A DNA stretch of 64,000 nucleotides from a virus (taxonomy: Duplodnaviria > Heunggongvirae > Uroviricota > Caudoviricetes). Under the pieces are notes generated by a model. That model worked only from the letters and a program-made list of their open reading frames with translations, ran no database searches and was not told the DNA's origin. This document shows positions 49,013-61,027 of this stretch, piece by piece. Made by a program: the position numbers and the translations under genes. The stretch lies in IMG/VR virus record IMGVR_UViG_643348549_000020; one strand, 5' to 3'. Position 1 is the stretch's first letter, and each line of letters opens with the position of its first letter.

Positions 49013-52000
49013 TCAGCTGATACTGATGCCTGCGGTGGCTTTCTTCATCACCACAACCAGCAAATCGCTGATACTTGCTGTGGGATACCAGTTATTCACC
49101 AGCCATGCTGATACCGAAAACTCCAGCGTCATGTGACCGTGACCGGCAGGCATATCAATAACGCCACTGTAAATCAGCGTATTATCCAGCGCGGTACGGT
49201 TATAAATTTCAGCACCGTTTTTCCGCACTATCAGACGGCATGAGGAGTAAATATCAGTATGCTCTCTCTCATGCTTAGCGCCACTGAATGCCACCGCCGG
49301 AATAACAATCTGCCGGTCAAACGGCTGATCGTCATAAACCCTGACGGTAATGGTCCCTGATGGCCACCGCTCCGGTGCCCGGGAGTCCCGCGGAAAAGCC
49401 TTACCCACTGTTTTGACTATATCGCCTTCAATCTGGTTGGCTGACAGTTTCCCCTTAATCTGACAGTTCTCATTAATTGTGACATTGTTGAGCGTCCCGG
49501 CGTTCGCATTCACACTGCCACTGATATCTGCATTTTTAGCGGTCAGCTTTCCGTCCGGTGTCAGGGAAAATGCCGGAGGATTACCGCCGCTGGTAATGGT
49601 GGGAGCCGTCAGGCGTTTCAGGAACACGTCGTTCATGAATATCTGATCGCCCTGACCAACAAACATCGGCTTTGTGTTGCCATTCGCAGGATTAATCATC
49701 GCAATCCTGTCTGCCGCCAGCAGCACCTGACTCTGCATTCCTGCTGGCGTATTCTCAATACCGGCACCGATACCCGCAATATAAAGGCGTCCGTCCTTCA
49801 TCTGTTGCAGCTTCACAGCCCACATGCTGTTCAGATTATTATTTGTATCAACCTGAACCTTCTGTATCTGCTGGATCGCTGCACTCTGGTCTTCCAGTTT
49901 CTTATTGACGGTCTGCGTGATTTCATTACTGACATCCGTGATGGACGTTCTGATTTCCGCCAGGTCAGGCGCAAGCTGACCGTTATCAATCTGAGTCCAC
50001 AACTCCTGAGCCAGATGGGTTTTCCCTATCTCTCCTTTGAAAAAATCCAGATAGCCGGATGCATCATCACTCGGCTGGCCAACAGCCTCCACAAATGCCG
50101 ATTTGCCAACGGTGTTCACACTGCGGATATAAAAGTAATAATCATGGCCCGGTTTGATATTGATACTGGCGGCTATCCAGTACAGCCCCGTGCCAAGGTA
50201 GCGGGCTGTGGTTTCAACCTGCCTGATATCGGTAATCCGCGTTTCCGAAAACCAGAACTCAAACTGTACCGTCGGGTCATACACCGCAAGACGCGGGACC
50301 GCTGTTATCTGAAAATAGCCCGGTGTCAGCTCAATCTGTGACGGCGCTGCCGGTGCGGCAATCCGGAACGATACCGACGCCGGATCGCCCTGCTGCCCCC
50401 ACGCATTTACCGCCCGGACTGTCAGCCTGTAGTTCCCCGGCGCCAGTTGCGTGAAGCGGTATGTGGTTTCCGTCGTCCGGGCCGTGCTGACCAGCCGCTC
50501 ACTGCCGTCATCCGCGACCACGGTCAGGCGAAGCATAAAGCTCACGCCCTTCACCACCTTCGGCGTGTCCCATTTCGCCTGCGCCAGATACTGACCGTCA
50601 GCTGCGCTCACCTCCACCGTCAGGTGCTGCACTGCCGGAGGGATGACGCTGTTCAGGGTGCCTGACTGCGGCTCAAAGCTGGCCCCGTTATCCACGATGG
50701 CTTCCTTTTCCGGTACGTGCTGCACCGCCGTGATGGCAAAGGTGCCGTCCGTGTTTTCCCGGATGGAGACACAGCGGAACAGGCGACGACGCAGTGACGG
50801 CAGGGAGAGTCCCCATACACCGTATGTCTCCACACCATCAGGCAGGGTGCTGACCTGTATCCGGTCCGGCGCGGGGTGTGCAGTGATGGCCACGCTCACC
50901 GGCTTACCGCTGCCGTTAATCAGGTTCACCGTGGCGGCACCTGTCTCCGGCAGGGTCACCTCACGGTCCAGTGTCAGGGTGCGGCTGGCGGCATCGATGG
51001 ACAGGATACGTCCGCCGGTCATGGTCCCGGCATAGTCGTTATCACAGATTTCAATAATGTCACCGGGTGTGTGACGCAGCCCCTGTGACCCGAGCGTGAA
51101 ATCCACCGTCTGCGTTTCCAGCAGTCCGGTCTTTATCACCCACAGCCCGGCACGGTGGGCCTGACCGCGACTGGTGCAACCGAACGCATCCATCTTCAGC
51201 AGGTTGCGCCCGTAGCGCAGTATGGCTTCCGGGTCTTCCACCAGTTCCGTGGAGGTCTGCCAGCCGTTCTGCGGGTCGGTGTAATTCACCTCCACCGCCG
51301 TGTGGCGGTCCTTCAGGGCGCTGAAGCTGTAGCGAAACCCCACGCCGTTATCATCCACCACCACATCGCTGCTGGTGTACGGCCACACCACATCCGACGG
51401 ACGGTCCTGAACGAACGTCAGCGTCTGGCCGTTCCATACCGGCATACAGCGCATCGCCGAGCAGAAATCACTGAGAACGTCCCACGCCTTACGCTGTTGT
51501 GACAGGTACGCATTAAAGGTCATCCGCGGCTCTGTGCCCCCGAAACCATCCGGGACCGTCTGGTCGCAGTACTGCCCGATGGCATACAGCGCCCACTTGT
51601 CAACATCCGCCGCCACCAGACGTTTTCCCATGCCGTAGCGCGGGTGAGTCAGCATGTCCCACAGGCACCAGGCCGGGTTGTTGCTGTATGCCGGTTTCAG
51701 GCTGCCGTCCCAGATGCCGCTGTACGTGCGTTTTTCCGGGTCATAGTTTGACGGTACCTGGATGATGCGACCGCGGATATGGTAGTTCACCGTCATCTGC
51801 TGACCGCCAAACTGCTCCGCATCCACCTGCAGCCCCACAATCGCCGTGTTCGGGTAGCACTGTTTCACATCGATGATTTCGGTGTATGACGACCAGAGCG
51901 TCTTATTCTGCAGCTGGTCCGTGGTGCTGTCCGCCGTCTCCCGGACCATCCGGATGTTAAAGGGCCGCTCAGGCAGATTCTCCAGAATCACCGACGCCAG

Positions 52001-52489
52001 GTACTGTGAGGTGGTCTTGCCGTTAATGGTGACATCCTTTTCCGTCACCCAGTTACCGTTACGCTGCAACTGAATCAGCAGTCGGACAGAAGAGGGATTA
52101 CGGTCGCCCTTTGAGGTGGTCTCCAACAGTGACTGCACCCCGAAGGTGACCCGCAGGCGGTCAATGTTCGCGGACGTAATGGTGCGCGTCACCGGCTTTG
52201 CTTTCGTCACTTCCACGCCCAGTGCGGTTTCCGCCCCGGAGGACTCAAAGCCTTCAGGTGGTGTCTGCTCCTGCTCCCCGGCGCGCCAGACCGCTGTCAC
52301 ACCATGTATCACAGGATTACCGTCCGTGTCCGTCAGCGGGGTTTTGTTCACCAGGATACTCTGCAGCCCCTTCACCGGACCTTCAATCGGCCCTTCACCA
52401 ATGGCGTCAATCACGCTCATCATCTGCGTGGACTTAAGATTGTCCTTTGCCTCTACCGGCGTGTGCCCCTTGCCGCCCCCTTTACCCAC
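49013..52489 (-). CDS. J: Copy Y: tail tip / host-specificity protein J
   Basis: Colinear with X; a central segment of about 70 aa is strongly diverged. Confidence 0.9.
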   Translation of the reverse strand: MGKGGGKGHTPVEAKDNLKSTQMMSVIDAIGEGPIEGPVKGLQSILVNKTPLTDTDGNPVIHGVTAVWRAGEQEQTPPEGFESSGAETALGVEVTKAKPVTRTITSANIDRLRVTFGVQSLLETTSKGDRNPSSVRLLIQLQRNGNWVTEKDVTINGKTTSQYLASVILENLPERPFNIRMVRETADSTTDQLQNKTLWSSYTEIIDVKQCYPNTAIVGLQVDAEQFGGQQMTVNYHIRGRIIQVPSNYDPEKRTYSGIWDGSLKPAYSNNPAWCLWDMLTHPRYGMGKRLVAADVDKWALYAIGQYCDQTVPDGFGGTEPRMTFNAYLSQQRKAWDVLSDFCSAMRCMPVWNGQTLTFVQDRPSDVVWPYTSSDVVVDDNGVGFRYSFSALKDRHTAVEVNYTDPQNGWQTSTELVEDPEAILRYGRNLLKMDAFGCTSRGQAHRAGLWVIKTGLLETQTVDFTLGSQGLRHTPGDIIEICDNDYAGTMTGGRILSIDAASRTLTLDREVTLPETGAATVNLINGSGKPVSVAITAHPAPDRIQVSTLPDGVETYGVWGLSLPSLRRRLFRCVSIRENTDGTFAITAVQHVPEKEAIVDNGASFEPQSGTLNSVIPPAVQHLTVEVSAADGQYLAQAKWDTPKVVKGVSFMLRLTVVADDGSERLVSTARTTETTYRFTQLAPGNYRLTVRAVNAWGQQGDPASVSFRIAAPAAPSQIELTPGYFQITAVPRLAVYDPTVQFEFWFSETRITDIRQVETTARYLGTGLYWIAASINIKPGHDYYFYIRSVNTVGKSAFVEAVGQPSDDASGYLDFFKGEIGKTHLAQELWTQIDNGQLAPDLAEIRTSITDVSNEITQTVNKKLEDQSAAIQQIQKVQVDTNNNLNSMWAVKLQQMKDGRLYIAGIGAGIENTPAGMQSQVLLAADRIAMINPANGNTKPMFVGQGDQIFMNDVFLKRLTAPTITSGGNPPAFSLTPDGKLTAKNADISGSVNANAGTLNNVTINENCQIKGKLSANQIEGDIVKTVGKAFPRDSRAPERWPSGTITVRVYDDQPFDRQIVIPAVAFSGAKHEREHTDIYSSCRLIVRKNGAEIYNRTALDNTLIYSGVIDMPAGHGHMTLEFSVSAWLVNNWYPTASISDLLVVVMKKATAGISIS

Positions 52490-52729
52490 TCTGTCCCCCT
52501 CTCCTGTCTGATGTCTGAATCTGTTTATGCCAGAAAACAACAGGCACCCCGGAGGGTGCCTGTGTCATGACGGAATAAAATTTCTGAAACTCTTCACATT
52601 TCCGGCAATTGCCTGTAGCCGCAATAATGACGCTGCGTTACTTTTTTGATGCCTGAAAAATAACTCCATAACGTTAATCTTCATCGTTCTCTCCCGCAGC
52701 TCCGCTAACTCTGCGGGATTTTTTTATTT

Positions 52730-53407
52730 TCATCCCCGCCCGATAACCACCACTTTCCCGTCTCCGCCCTCATCACGGGTACTGATGTCCTGGGAGATTC
52801 GCCGGGAGCCAACCAGCATTTCACCGTAAGGCACCGGCATCGGGTTCCCCTGAGCAATCATGTTATCCAGCGAGGAAAAGTACGTGTTCTGTCTGCCGTT
52901 ATCCGTTGCGCGGTAATCCGGTGTTTTTGCCTTCGGGGCCAGCATCTGGGCCACACCGCCCAGAATCATGCTGGCTCCAAGTGAAAACAGCATCGTGGTG
53001 GCAGAAAAACCACCGGCTGCCAGGGCTGAACCCCATAACGCCATTGATGCCCCGGCAGTGAAGAAAGAGCCCACGATGGCTGCCGCCCCCAGCACAATCT
53101 GCAGTCCACCCTTTCCGGCCCCGGCCAGTCGCGGCACAATGTGGATGACCGTTCCCTCACCCAGCTGTTCGTGAAGACGGGCGTACACCGCCTCCGGTGC
53201 CGTGTCCTCACCGCGAATACGTATCTGGTACCAGCCTTCGTTCATCTGACGGCGGAATCTCGGCATCTGCAGCGACAGGGCACGGATGGCTTCCGCTGCC
53301 GTGTTCACGTACAGGCTGAGGCGGCGGCCAAATCGTTGCAAATCCCCGTGAAGGCAGATGCGTGCCAGTGGCGGTGACGCCAGACAGAATGCGTTCGTCG
53401 TTGCCAT
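52730..53407 (-). CDS. I: Copy Y: tail assembly protein I
   Basis: As copy X. Confidence 0.85.
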   Translation of the reverse strand: MATTNAFCLASPPLARICLHGDLQRFGRRLSLYVNTAAEAIRALSLQMPRFRRQMNEGWYQIRIRGEDTAPEAVYARLHEQLGEGTVIHIVPRLAGAGKGGLQIVLGAAAIVGSFFTAGASMALWGSALAAGGFSATTMLFSLGASMILGGVAQMLAPKAKTPDYRATDNGRQNTYFSSLDNMIAQGNPMPVPYGEMLVGSRRISQDISTRDEGGDGKVVVIGRG

Positions 53408-54048
53408 TTTTCAGAATACCTCTCCCGTTTACTCAGTTGTTCAGGCAGATGGTGAAGCAGTTCACCGTTGCCGCAGTATATGGCGGCATGATTGGCCACC
53501 GATGCGCCAAAGCAGCACAGCAGGATATCGCCCGCCTGTGCAGAGGACAGGGGCACCCGGTAAAAACCAGTCGCCGCCATATTGTCCAGGTAAAGGTTCT
53601 GACCGTTGCGCCACCAGTCATCCTCACGCACAAAATCCGGCAGCGTTATCCCCGCCAGATGGTATGCATCCCGGAACAGGGTGTAACAGTCCGTCACCCC
53701 GTGCTCAAAACGACGCCCGGTCAGGTGCGGCACACAGCGGAATTTGTGAATTTCCCCCCGGCAGACCAGCCACCAGGGCAGGGCACTCTTTATCTGCAGC
53801 CGCCGGTCGGCCTCGCTCAGCCAGGGCAGACCACCAGGGTGGCTGTGAACCAGCGCCACAATCTCCCCCTGCATCTCTGCCTGCAGCCAGTCTTCCGGCG
53901 CAATACGAAAATACGCCTCCGGCTCTGCGGAGATATTCACGCAGGGCTGGTACCGTTCGCCCTCCGGGGTGCCTATCACGAAGCCGCACGACTCCGCAGG
54001 CGCACACCGCCGGGCATGCACCAGAATCGCTGATTCAGTCTGTGTCAT
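53305..54048 (-). CDS. K: Copy Y: tail assembly protein K
   Basis: As copy X; internal ATG start. Confidence 0.8.
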   Translation of the reverse strand: MTQTESAILVHARRCAPAESCGFVIGTPEGERYQPCVNISAEPEAYFRIAPEDWLQAEMQGEIVALVHSHPGGLPWLSEADRRLQIKSALPWWLVCRGEIHKFRCVPHLTGRRFEHGVTDCYTLFRDAYHLAGITLPDFVREDDWWRNGQNLYLDNMAATGFYRVPLSSAQAGDILLCCFGASVANHAAIYCGNGELLHHLPEQLSKRERYSEKWQRRTHSVWRHRHWHASAFTGICNDLAAASACT

Positions 54049-54058
54049 AAAACAGGAT

Positions 54059-54757
54059 TTACTGCGAAAGTTTATTGATGGAAAGGAAACCGCCAAAATT
54101 AGCCACCATGCCGCGCATCTCACACCCGCGCATGCACTTGCTGCATCTGTCCTTACGGATATCCGTGGTGGGGTTGTCGAACTCATCCGCCACCGCAGGA
54201 CCGTTATACCCGCATTCATCTCCCCGGTAATCCCACATACAGGTGTTCGCCAGCATGATGCGACCAGGAAACAGCGCCCCGTCCGTCTCCGTCGGTGTTG
54301 CCAGCACAAACGAGGCCGTCATGGCCGTCAGCTCTGACATCTGCTCCACCACCCACCGGTCAGTCAGCTCCTGCTCCGGGTCGGCCTCCGGATTGCCTGC
54401 CACAAAGTTCACCGCATCCAGAAAACGCGCATACACCCGGCGGCGGACCACCGTGGCACCCACCAGGCTCTGCAAATCCTCCGCCATCCCGGTGACAAGA
54501 CCGAACAGATTGGACACCGTCAGCGACGGGCGGGCACTGCTGCCCTTTCCGTTCATCTCAAAGCCGCTGCCCTCAATCGGGTACGCCTGATATTCACGCC
54601 CCTGCCAGGTCACCGGCACCCCTTTTTCATTCAGCTCATTGCAGAAAAAATACCGCTCACCGCCCTGCGCCGTCAGGTCGATTTCCCAGAGTACCACCCG
54701 CGGTGACTGCTCTGATTTAACCGACTCGTTCAGACTTTCTTCGTGAATATCCTGCAT
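54059..54757 (-). CDS. L: Copy Y: minor tail protein L
   Basis: As copy X. Confidence 0.85.
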   Translation of the reverse strand: MQDIHEESLNESVKSEQSPRVVLWEIDLTAQGGERYFFCNELNEKGVPVTWQGREYQAYPIEGSGFEMNGKGSSARPSLTVSNLFGLVTGMAEDLQSLVGATVVRRRVYARFLDAVNFVAGNPEADPEQELTDRWVVEQMSELTAMTASFVLATPTETDGALFPGRIMLANTCMWDYRGDECGYNGPAVADEFDNPTTDIRKDRCSKCMRGCEMRGMVANFGGFLSINKLSQ

Positions 54758-55086
54758 CAGTTCACCACCTGCTTAAACTCCGCGCTGAACTCAACGCGCA
54801 ACATCCCGACCCGCGCAGACCACCCGGCACAGGTCACCTTTATCTGCCGGTATGCATAGGGTGGCTTCCACAAAAATGCCTTCCAGCCTCCGTGCTCTGC
54901 CAGGAACGCTTCCAGATGCCGGGCCTCCTCCCGGGTCACGGAAAGCGTCACACGGTATGTTTTCAGGTCAGCATTCAGCCCTGCCGCCATACGCTGTGAG
55001 TACCCGTCACCAAAACGCACTTCACGCACCGACGGCTGCGAGTTCACCTCCATATCCGGCTTCACTTTCCAGCGAAAGGTTTTCAT
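54757..55086 (-). CDS. M: Copy Y: minor tail protein M
   Basis: As copy X. Confidence 0.85.
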   Translation of the reverse strand: MKTFRWKVKPDMEVNSQPSVREVRFGDGYSQRMAAGLNADLKTYRVTLSVTREEARHLEAFLAEHGGWKAFLWKPPYAYRQIKVTCAGWSARVGMLRVEFSAEFKQVVN

Positions 55087-57737
55087 CGCCCGCTCCCCGA
55101 TAACATACCGCCATCACGCAACTGCAGCCGGAGCTCATCCTGCGCCCCCTTGCGGGCCATGTCATACACCGCCTTCATCAGCTGCGGCCCCGCCTGTCCG
55201 TTGGTGCCGTCGTTCTGAATCACCACGTGATTGTTCTGATTAAAATTAATACCTTCCGCCCGCCGCATCTGCGCCGGACTTCCGGCACCACCCACATAAC
55301 CACCTTCCGCATAGCCGCGCATCAGACGGTAAAGATTCCCCACACCTATCCGGCTGGTTGCCTCTTTCGTGAAAACAAACTCCCCGCGGTGAACTATCCC
55401 CGCAGGCTCATATTTGCCGCCCGTCCCCGTAAATCCTCCGGTCGCGAAATGGAAGTTCGCCGCCGCAGCCTCAATGGCCGTCCCCGAGGAAGCAGATGCA
55501 CCACCACCGAAAGCACCGCCAATGGCGCTGCCGATACTCCCGACTATCCCCACCATCGCCTGCTTCAGAAAAATCTCTGTCAGCATGGAGAGCACAGAAC
55601 GGGTGAAACCACGCCAGTTCTGTTCGCTGCCGGTCAGCATCGCTGCCATATTCTGTGCAATACCGTCAAAGGTCTGCGTGGCCACGCTTTTAACCTGCGA
55701 AAAACTGTCCGTCGCACTTTCTGCCCACTCGCCCCAGCCGGACTTCAGACCGGCCATCCAGCTTCCACGAAGCTGCTCCTCCGCAGACCAGGTGTTCTTC
55801 AGTGCCGATGTGGCCTTCGCCAGCGCATCCGGATTATCACCGTACACGTCACGAAGGCGCTGCTCTTCCGACTCCCGCTGCGCCTGACGGTCGGTGAGGC
55901 CCCGCGCCTGGGCACTGATTGCCGCCTGCTTCGCGCCCTGCTGCTGCTCAAACCGCGCAGCCTGCTGTGCCAGCTCATTCAGCCGTTTCTGGTGTTCAAC
56001 CTTGTCGCCCAGGTCAGCCAGCTGGCGTTTGTACTCCAGCGTCTCTTTCTCATGGGCCAGCAGGGATTTTTCCTGCCAGGATAACTGCCGTTTCGTGGCA
56101 GCCTCTTTCAGGACCGCATACTGACTTTCCGCCTTCCATAAATCACGGCGCTGCCGGCTAATTTTCTCATTCGCACCGCTGTGTTTTTCCAGCGTCCTGA
56201 GCTCAGCTTCAAGGGCAAGCAGAGCCTCTCTTGCCTGCTCCTCTTCCCTCTCCCCGGCAGAGCGCGTTTTCGGTGATGTATGCTTTTTACCTGTCAGCTC
56301 TTCAGCCAGACGGCTGACGGCTTCCTGCTGCCCTGGACCTTTGCTGACGCCTGTTGCACGCGAGCGGTTGATGTACCCTATTTCCCCCTGGCGTATACGC
56401 GCATCCCGTTCCGCAATGGATTTTCTCAGCGCCAGTTCATCGCGTTTTGTTTTCTCAATAAATACGCGGTTCTCTTCTGCCAGTTCACCAAACAACGCAC
56501 CAACGCCGGGCACATTCTTTGTCGTTTCCCAGGCTGACTGAATAAATTCAGCCAGCGCCAGATCCCCCTGCACAAGCAGCAGCTTCACTTGTTCAACGGT
56601 TCCGGCCACCACGTCAGTGATCAGACTGAGTGCCCCCAGTGTATGATCACCTATCCATGCCCATGCGTCAGAAGTCCAGGTTTTAACATCGTCCCAGATT
56701 TTTTCCACCGGCGTGGCCGCTTTATCAAGTTGCTCCAGACGTGCATTCATGACATCCGCAAACAGGGACATCGCCTCCGTCACCGCAGCCTGTTTACCTT
56801 TCGTGCGCTCAAGCTCATCAATATGGCGTAACTGGGAAACGCTCAGGAAGTTATACTGCTGATTCAGGGAGGCCAGCGCCTTCACCGGATCTGCTGCAAT
56901 CCCTTCAAAGGCTTTTTCCACCTTCCCGGCATCGTCCCCCACCGTCTGCAGCCATCTCTGAGAGGTTTCCCCCATGATCCGTAGCTGCCCGGCGGTATAT
57001 TTCCCGCTTTCTGCCAGACGGGCCAGATTTTCTGCCGCCTGTCTGATACCACCACCGGCTTCATCGCTGATCACCCCGGCCATTTTCCACAATTCTGCCG
57101 TTGTGGTGGCAGCCGCCCCTCCGGTCAGGATCAGTGAACGCAATAAGGCCCGATCAGCCTGCTCTGCCTGCCAGGCGGCGGCAGCAAGCGCGGCCAGTAC
57201 GGCAACCCCGCCACCTGCCGCCACACGGGCCACCGACATAAATCGTCCCAGCTCACCGGCATTCCGGGCATTTTCAGCCAGTGCATTTGCCGTATCTGAC
57301 AGCGACTCCTCTGATGATTCAGAGGCATCCCTGATCCCGAGAAGTTCCTCCTTCAGCAGGGTAAGCAGGCTGAGCGGTCCACCGAATGAATCGCTGATCT
57401 GCCCCCCCTGCTGCAGCATGATAAGGAAGGGATTCTGACCACCAGCAAGCTGAGTGACAATATCCGTGAACTGTGCGGGCAGTGTGCGCATGGCAGCCTT
57501 ATACTGTCCGACTGATATCCCGGCTTTTTGTGCAGCCAGCGCCTGTCGGCTCAGACTCTGCTCAGCAGCATCAGCCTGTTTTCTGAAAGACTGACTGACT
57601 TTCCCGGACATCAAATCAGCAAGCGCACTGGTTTCACCCAGCTCTTTTTTTACCCGCGCTGCCTCTTCAGAAAAACGGGCAGAATCCAGTGTCAGCACGG
57701 CTGTCAGATCGGCAAAATTACCTGCCATCGTGGTCAC
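55083..57737 (-). CDS. H: Copy Y: tape-measure protein H
   Basis: As copy X with scattered substitutions. Confidence 0.9.
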   Translation of the reverse strand: MTTMAGNFADLTAVLTLDSARFSEEAARVKKELGETSALADLMSGKVSQSFRKQADAAEQSLSRQALAAQKAGISVGQYKAAMRTLPAQFTDIVTQLAGGQNPFLIMLQQGGQISDSFGGPLSLLTLLKEELLGIRDASESSEESLSDTANALAENARNAGELGRFMSVARVAAGGGVAVLAALAAAAWQAEQADRALLRSLILTGGAAATTTAELWKMAGVISDEAGGGIRQAAENLARLAESGKYTAGQLRIMGETSQRWLQTVGDDAGKVEKAFEGIAADPVKALASLNQQYNFLSVSQLRHIDELERTKGKQAAVTEAMSLFADVMNARLEQLDKAATPVEKIWDDVKTWTSDAWAWIGDHTLGALSLITDVVAGTVEQVKLLLVQGDLALAEFIQSAWETTKNVPGVGALFGELAEENRVFIEKTKRDELALRKSIAERDARIRQGEIGYINRSRATGVSKGPGQQEAVSRLAEELTGKKHTSPKTRSAGEREEEQAREALLALEAELRTLEKHSGANEKISRQRRDLWKAESQYAVLKEAATKRQLSWQEKSLLAHEKETLEYKRQLADLGDKVEHQKRLNELAQQAARFEQQQGAKQAAISAQARGLTDRQAQRESEEQRLRDVYGDNPDALAKATSALKNTWSAEEQLRGSWMAGLKSGWGEWAESATDSFSQVKSVATQTFDGIAQNMAAMLTGSEQNWRGFTRSVLSMLTEIFLKQAMVGIVGSIGSAIGGAFGGGASASSGTAIEAAAANFHFATGGFTGTGGKYEPAGIVHRGEFVFTKEATSRIGVGNLYRLMRGYAEGGYVGGAGSPAQMRRAEGINFNQNNHVVIQNDGTNGQAGPQLMKAVYDMARKGAQDELRLQLRDGGMLSGSGR

Positions 57738-57771
57738 CTCCTGAAATGTCCTCTGATACCATCAATAACTG

Positions 57772-58131
57772 TCACAACCTCCTTCCCTCCTCCCCGAAAC
57801 GGACTCCACCGGCGAGGCCCGCCGCCTTCTGCATCAGTACATCATTTTCGTCCGGCGTCTCCGCCTGTCCTTCCTCTGCCTCCGGAGCGAACAGGCTGAA
57901 ATCCGCCGGATGCATATCCGGATCGCAAAAAAACAGGCTGAGTACGGCGTACATCAGCCCGGAAAAATGCATATCCAGCTGGGTATCCTGAAAATAATGC
58001 GTGCAGTAAAAACGTCGCCAGTCGGCATATTCGGTGGATGTCATCCCGGCAAGCATGGCGCGCCAGTCGGCTCTCCCCATCTCACGCGCCAGTTTCAGGA
58101 CAAAGTTCAGCTCGCCTTCGAATGCTTTTTT
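57772..58131 (-). CDS. T: Copy Y: T-frame part of GT frameshift product
   Basis: Slippery A_AAA_AAG at 58131-58125 on the minus strand. Confidence 0.7.
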   Translation of the reverse strand, partial: KKAFEGELNFVLKLAREMGRADWRAMLAGMTSTEYADWRRFYCTHYFQDTQLDMHFSGLMYAVLSLFFCDPDMHPADFSLFAPEAEEGQAETPDENDVLMQKAAGLAGGVRFGEEGRRL

Positions 58132-58529
58132 GATGTTACCGGCTCAGTCGCTTCTGTTTTCCCGGTTGGTTCAGGATCGGCATCGTGCCGGTTATCCAGC
58201 ATACCTGAAAGATAAAGCACCCGGTTCGTTGCCTGATTCAGTGCATCAGCAGGCCATCCCAGCATCACTTCACGGCGGATCTGCTGCATCTCTGTCTCCG
58301 GAGAGGCCAGAGTGCCTTTGAGGGAATGGGAATGCCATAGCGACATCGCCACAAGCAGGGATGCCGTTTCCAGATATCGCTGGTTAATGCGCACGACATC
58401 ATGCTTCGTTGTCTTCTGTTGTTCTGCGTCTGAAACAAACTTCATATAATCAAACCGCTGCAGCGCAGACAATTCGGAAAGCGTGACGGACACACCGTTA
58501 TATTCAAATTGTTCTGTTTTCAGAAACAT
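58107..58529 (-). CDS. G: Copy Y: tail assembly chaperone G
   Basis: As copy X. Confidence 0.8.
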   Translation of the reverse strand: MFLKTEQFEYNGVSVTLSELSALQRFDYMKFVSDAEQQKTTKHDVVRINQRYLETASLLVAMSLWHSHSLKGTLASPETEMQQIRREVMLGWPADALNQATNRVLYLSGMLDNRHDADPEPTGKTEATEPVTSKKHSKAS

Positions 58530-58542
58530 GTATTACCTCCGT

Positions 58543-59295
58543 TTACCCTGCAGCGCCCGCTTCAGTAACGGTGACTTCAGCCACTGCGGCGAACTGACCA
58601 TTTCCGCTCACCACAGGGATCTGCACCTTACCTGTCGCCACGCCGTTTACCGTAATTGTCATATCTTTCACACTAATGGTGGCTTTCGACGGATCGGCGG
58701 AAACCGCTCTGAACGTCTTGTCGGTTGCACTTTCCGGCTCAAAAGAAACCGTCAGGGTGGTTGTTTTCCCTTTTGCCACCGTACCGGATGTCGGTGTCAC
58801 CTTAATTGCAGTGGCCGGCGTAATTTCGCTGCGTTCTTCCGCCACGGAAGGTTTGCCCACGTTAGTGACTTTCACCGTGCGGGTGATCACTTCTTTCGCC
58901 GTCACGGCCTTACCGATACTGCTGACCCAGCCACGGAACACATCCACCGTGCCATTTGGGAAACGGATTTTATAGGCCCGCACATCCCCGCTTTCAAACC
59001 AGCCTATAAGCCCTTTCTGACCTTCTTCTCCCGGTTTCCAGGCCAGCGTAAAACTGGTATCTCCTGCAGACTTCTGCCCCTGCCCGGTCGCGGTCCAGTC
59101 CGCGTCTTCATCATCCAGGTAGTTATCATCGTAGGGTTCTGCCGTCATCTCGCCCGGCGTCAGATCCTTCACCTTAGCCAGTCGCTGCCAGTCATCGTCT
59201 GACAACGGGTTTGCATAAGCATCACCCTTGCCGTTGTAAACCCACAGAGTGGTACCGGCACCTTTTACCGGCTCAAGGGGATTTGGTGTTGCCAT
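58543..59295 (-). CDS. V: Copy Y: major tail protein V
   Basis: Identical to copy X. Confidence 0.85.
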   Translation of the reverse strand: MATPNPLEPVKGAGTTLWVYNGKGDAYANPLSDDDWQRLAKVKDLTPGEMTAEPYDDNYLDDEDADWTATGQGQKSAGDTSFTLAWKPGEEGQKGLIGWFESGDVRAYKIRFPNGTVDVFRGWVSSIGKAVTAKEVITRTVKVTNVGKPSVAEERSEITPATAIKVTPTSGTVAKGKTTTLTVSFEPESATDKTFRAVSADPSKATISVKDMTITVNGVATGKVQIPVVSGNGQFAAVAEVTVTEAGAAG

Positions 59296-59302
59296 ATCGT
59301 CC

Positions 59303-59701
59303 TCACATCTCGTAGGTAATTTTCCACAGGAGATCTGCCGATCCCCACATCATAAACTCATCATCCCGGCGGTAGTCATACCCCTGAAGATTCATCTTCA
59401 GCAGTAATGCACTGAGCCCGGGAACTGCCTCCAGCGCAGGAAGAATTTTTTCTTCCATCCACATATCCAGTGCCGAGTCCGGTTCTTTTGCCCTGAGAAA
59501 AACCTCAATATGCAGTGTCGCCTCCCAGGTTCCCTCATCAACGAACTCGTCAGCAGCAGACGCATCTGTCAGGTAAACAGCAACAGCAGGCAGTTCCTGT
59601 TCATCAATAAAAACCGGGCGACCGTCAAACCAGCTCACCCTCTCAGAAATATTTTCTTTCAGGGCAGACAGAACTGCCGCCCGTATTTCACGGTGTTTCA
59701 T
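59303..59701 (-). CDS. U: Copy Y: tail terminator U
   Basis: Identical to copy X. Confidence 0.85.
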   Translation of the reverse strand: MKHREIRAAVLSALKENISERVSWFDGRPVFIDEQELPAVAVYLTDASAADEFVDEGTWEATLHIEVFLRAKEPDSALDMWMEEKILPALEAVPGLSALLLKMNLQGYDYRRDDEFMMWGSADLLWKITYEM

Positions 59702-59713
59702 ACACCCTCCCAG

Positions 59714-60343
59714 TCATTTTCTTTTCAGCACCAGGCGTAACTGATGCGTCATGGCTTTCATCATCTGCGCCGGTAATTTTTCCCGGTACATCCGGTCCCG
59801 TTCACGTTCAAAGGTTTCTGCCAGCGGTCCGGCAGTCGTAATCTTCACCACTTCGATCGGCAGACGGTGGCGTTTCGGCCTCCCTTTGCTGTCCGCGCCG
59901 GTGGATGATGATGCCCACGGCATACGCTGCATCACATGCCAGCGTCCGTTAGCCAGCCGGGTGATAAAGGCGTCCGGGATCCGTCTTTTCCCCACAATCA
60001 GCACACTGCCGCCCCCTTTCAGGGCCGCACGCTGTCCTTTCTTTCTCCGTTTTCTGCGGGAAAGTCGAACGCGGGCCTCCCCCAGTTTGATGGCGGGCAG
60101 GTTGCCGGTATTGATGTAAACCTTTGCGTAAACCTTATCCGGTCGTGCCGGACTTAACCGGATGCGGGCACGGATAAGACGACGGGGAACGGCCAGCTCC
60201 CTGGCAACTGAAGAGGCCGTTTTCGCAATAATGGCCCCCGCCACTCGGTTCAGTGTCATGGCAGAGGCCCGGGGAACGGCACGGCGATCAATTGCATCCA
60301 GATTTTTCATGGCCTGCGCCAGACCTTTTATTGCCATACTCAT
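59714..60343 (-). CDS. Z: Copy Y: Z-like tail completion protein
   Basis: As copy X. Confidence 0.6.
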   Translation of the reverse strand: MSMAIKGLAQAMKNLDAIDRRAVPRASAMTLNRVAGAIIAKTASSVARELAVPRRLIRARIRLSPARPDKVYAKVYINTGNLPAIKLGEARVRLSRRKRRKKGQRAALKGGGSVLIVGKRRIPDAFITRLANGRWHVMQRMPWASSSTGADSKGRPKRHRLPIEVVKITTAGPLAETFERERDRMYREKLPAQMMKAMTHQLRLVLKRK

Positions 60344-60621
60344 TCCTGTTCGACAAAAATCCGGGGTTTACCGTTGTACGTGTCATAACGGGTCACCGTC
60401 AGTGTGCGCCCCGCAAACACAACAACATCATGACGGGCCGGACGGTACCGGGCTGAAAACACCACCAGTGACAACTGGCTGCCCGAAAGCGCCCCCATCT
60501 CCGCGGACTCTTCCTCCGGCATCACGTCGTACACGACGCCGTTAATCTCCGCCTGTTTGCCCATCACCCGAACGGTCGCCACGTCCATCCGGCAACACAT
60601 TCGCGTAAACAGATCAGACAT
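60340..60621 (-). CDS. Copy Y: head-tail connector (FII-position) protein
   Basis: As copy X. Confidence 0.4.
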   Translation of the reverse strand: MSDLFTRMCCRMDVATVRVMGKQAEINGVVYDVMPEEESAEMGALSGSQLSLVVFSARYRPARHDVVVFAGRTLTVTRYDTYNGKPRIFVEQE

Positions 60622-60940
60622 TGATTTTTACCGCCACAGTGGCGCTGTTTGCAGGGGCATTTTCCCAGGCTACCCCCGCTGCCACCGCACCGTCTGCAGC
60701 CAGCTGCACAACCCCGTCCTTCAGATAAACCACCGCGCCGGACTGAATGTCGTCAGCAGACTGTTTGGGCAGCAGGAACACGCCTTCGGCAAAACCGTCA
60801 CCGGCCTCACCGGCAGGAATATCGGTAATGGCCACGGCCACCATACTGCCGACCACCACCGCAGCACCGCTCAGGATGGTCTGATCTCCGGCATTCACCA
60901 GTTCAATGGTGGTACCGTCCTGTACAAAATTTTTCGCCAT
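60614..60940 (-). CDS. Copy Y: small head protein (FI position)
   Basis: As copy X. Confidence 0.4.
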   Translation of the reverse strand: MAKNFVQDGTTIELVNAGDQTILSGAAVVVGSMVAVAITDIPAGEAGDGFAEGVFLLPKQSADDIQSGAVVYLKDGVVQLAADGAVAAGVAWENAPANSATVAVKINV

Positions 60941-61027
60941 AATGCTGTTTCTCCGGACAGCCCCTGTGGGGCTGTTTTTCAGGCATAAAAAAAGCCCTTT
61001 CGGGCAGTGATTGTGATAACGCGGTTA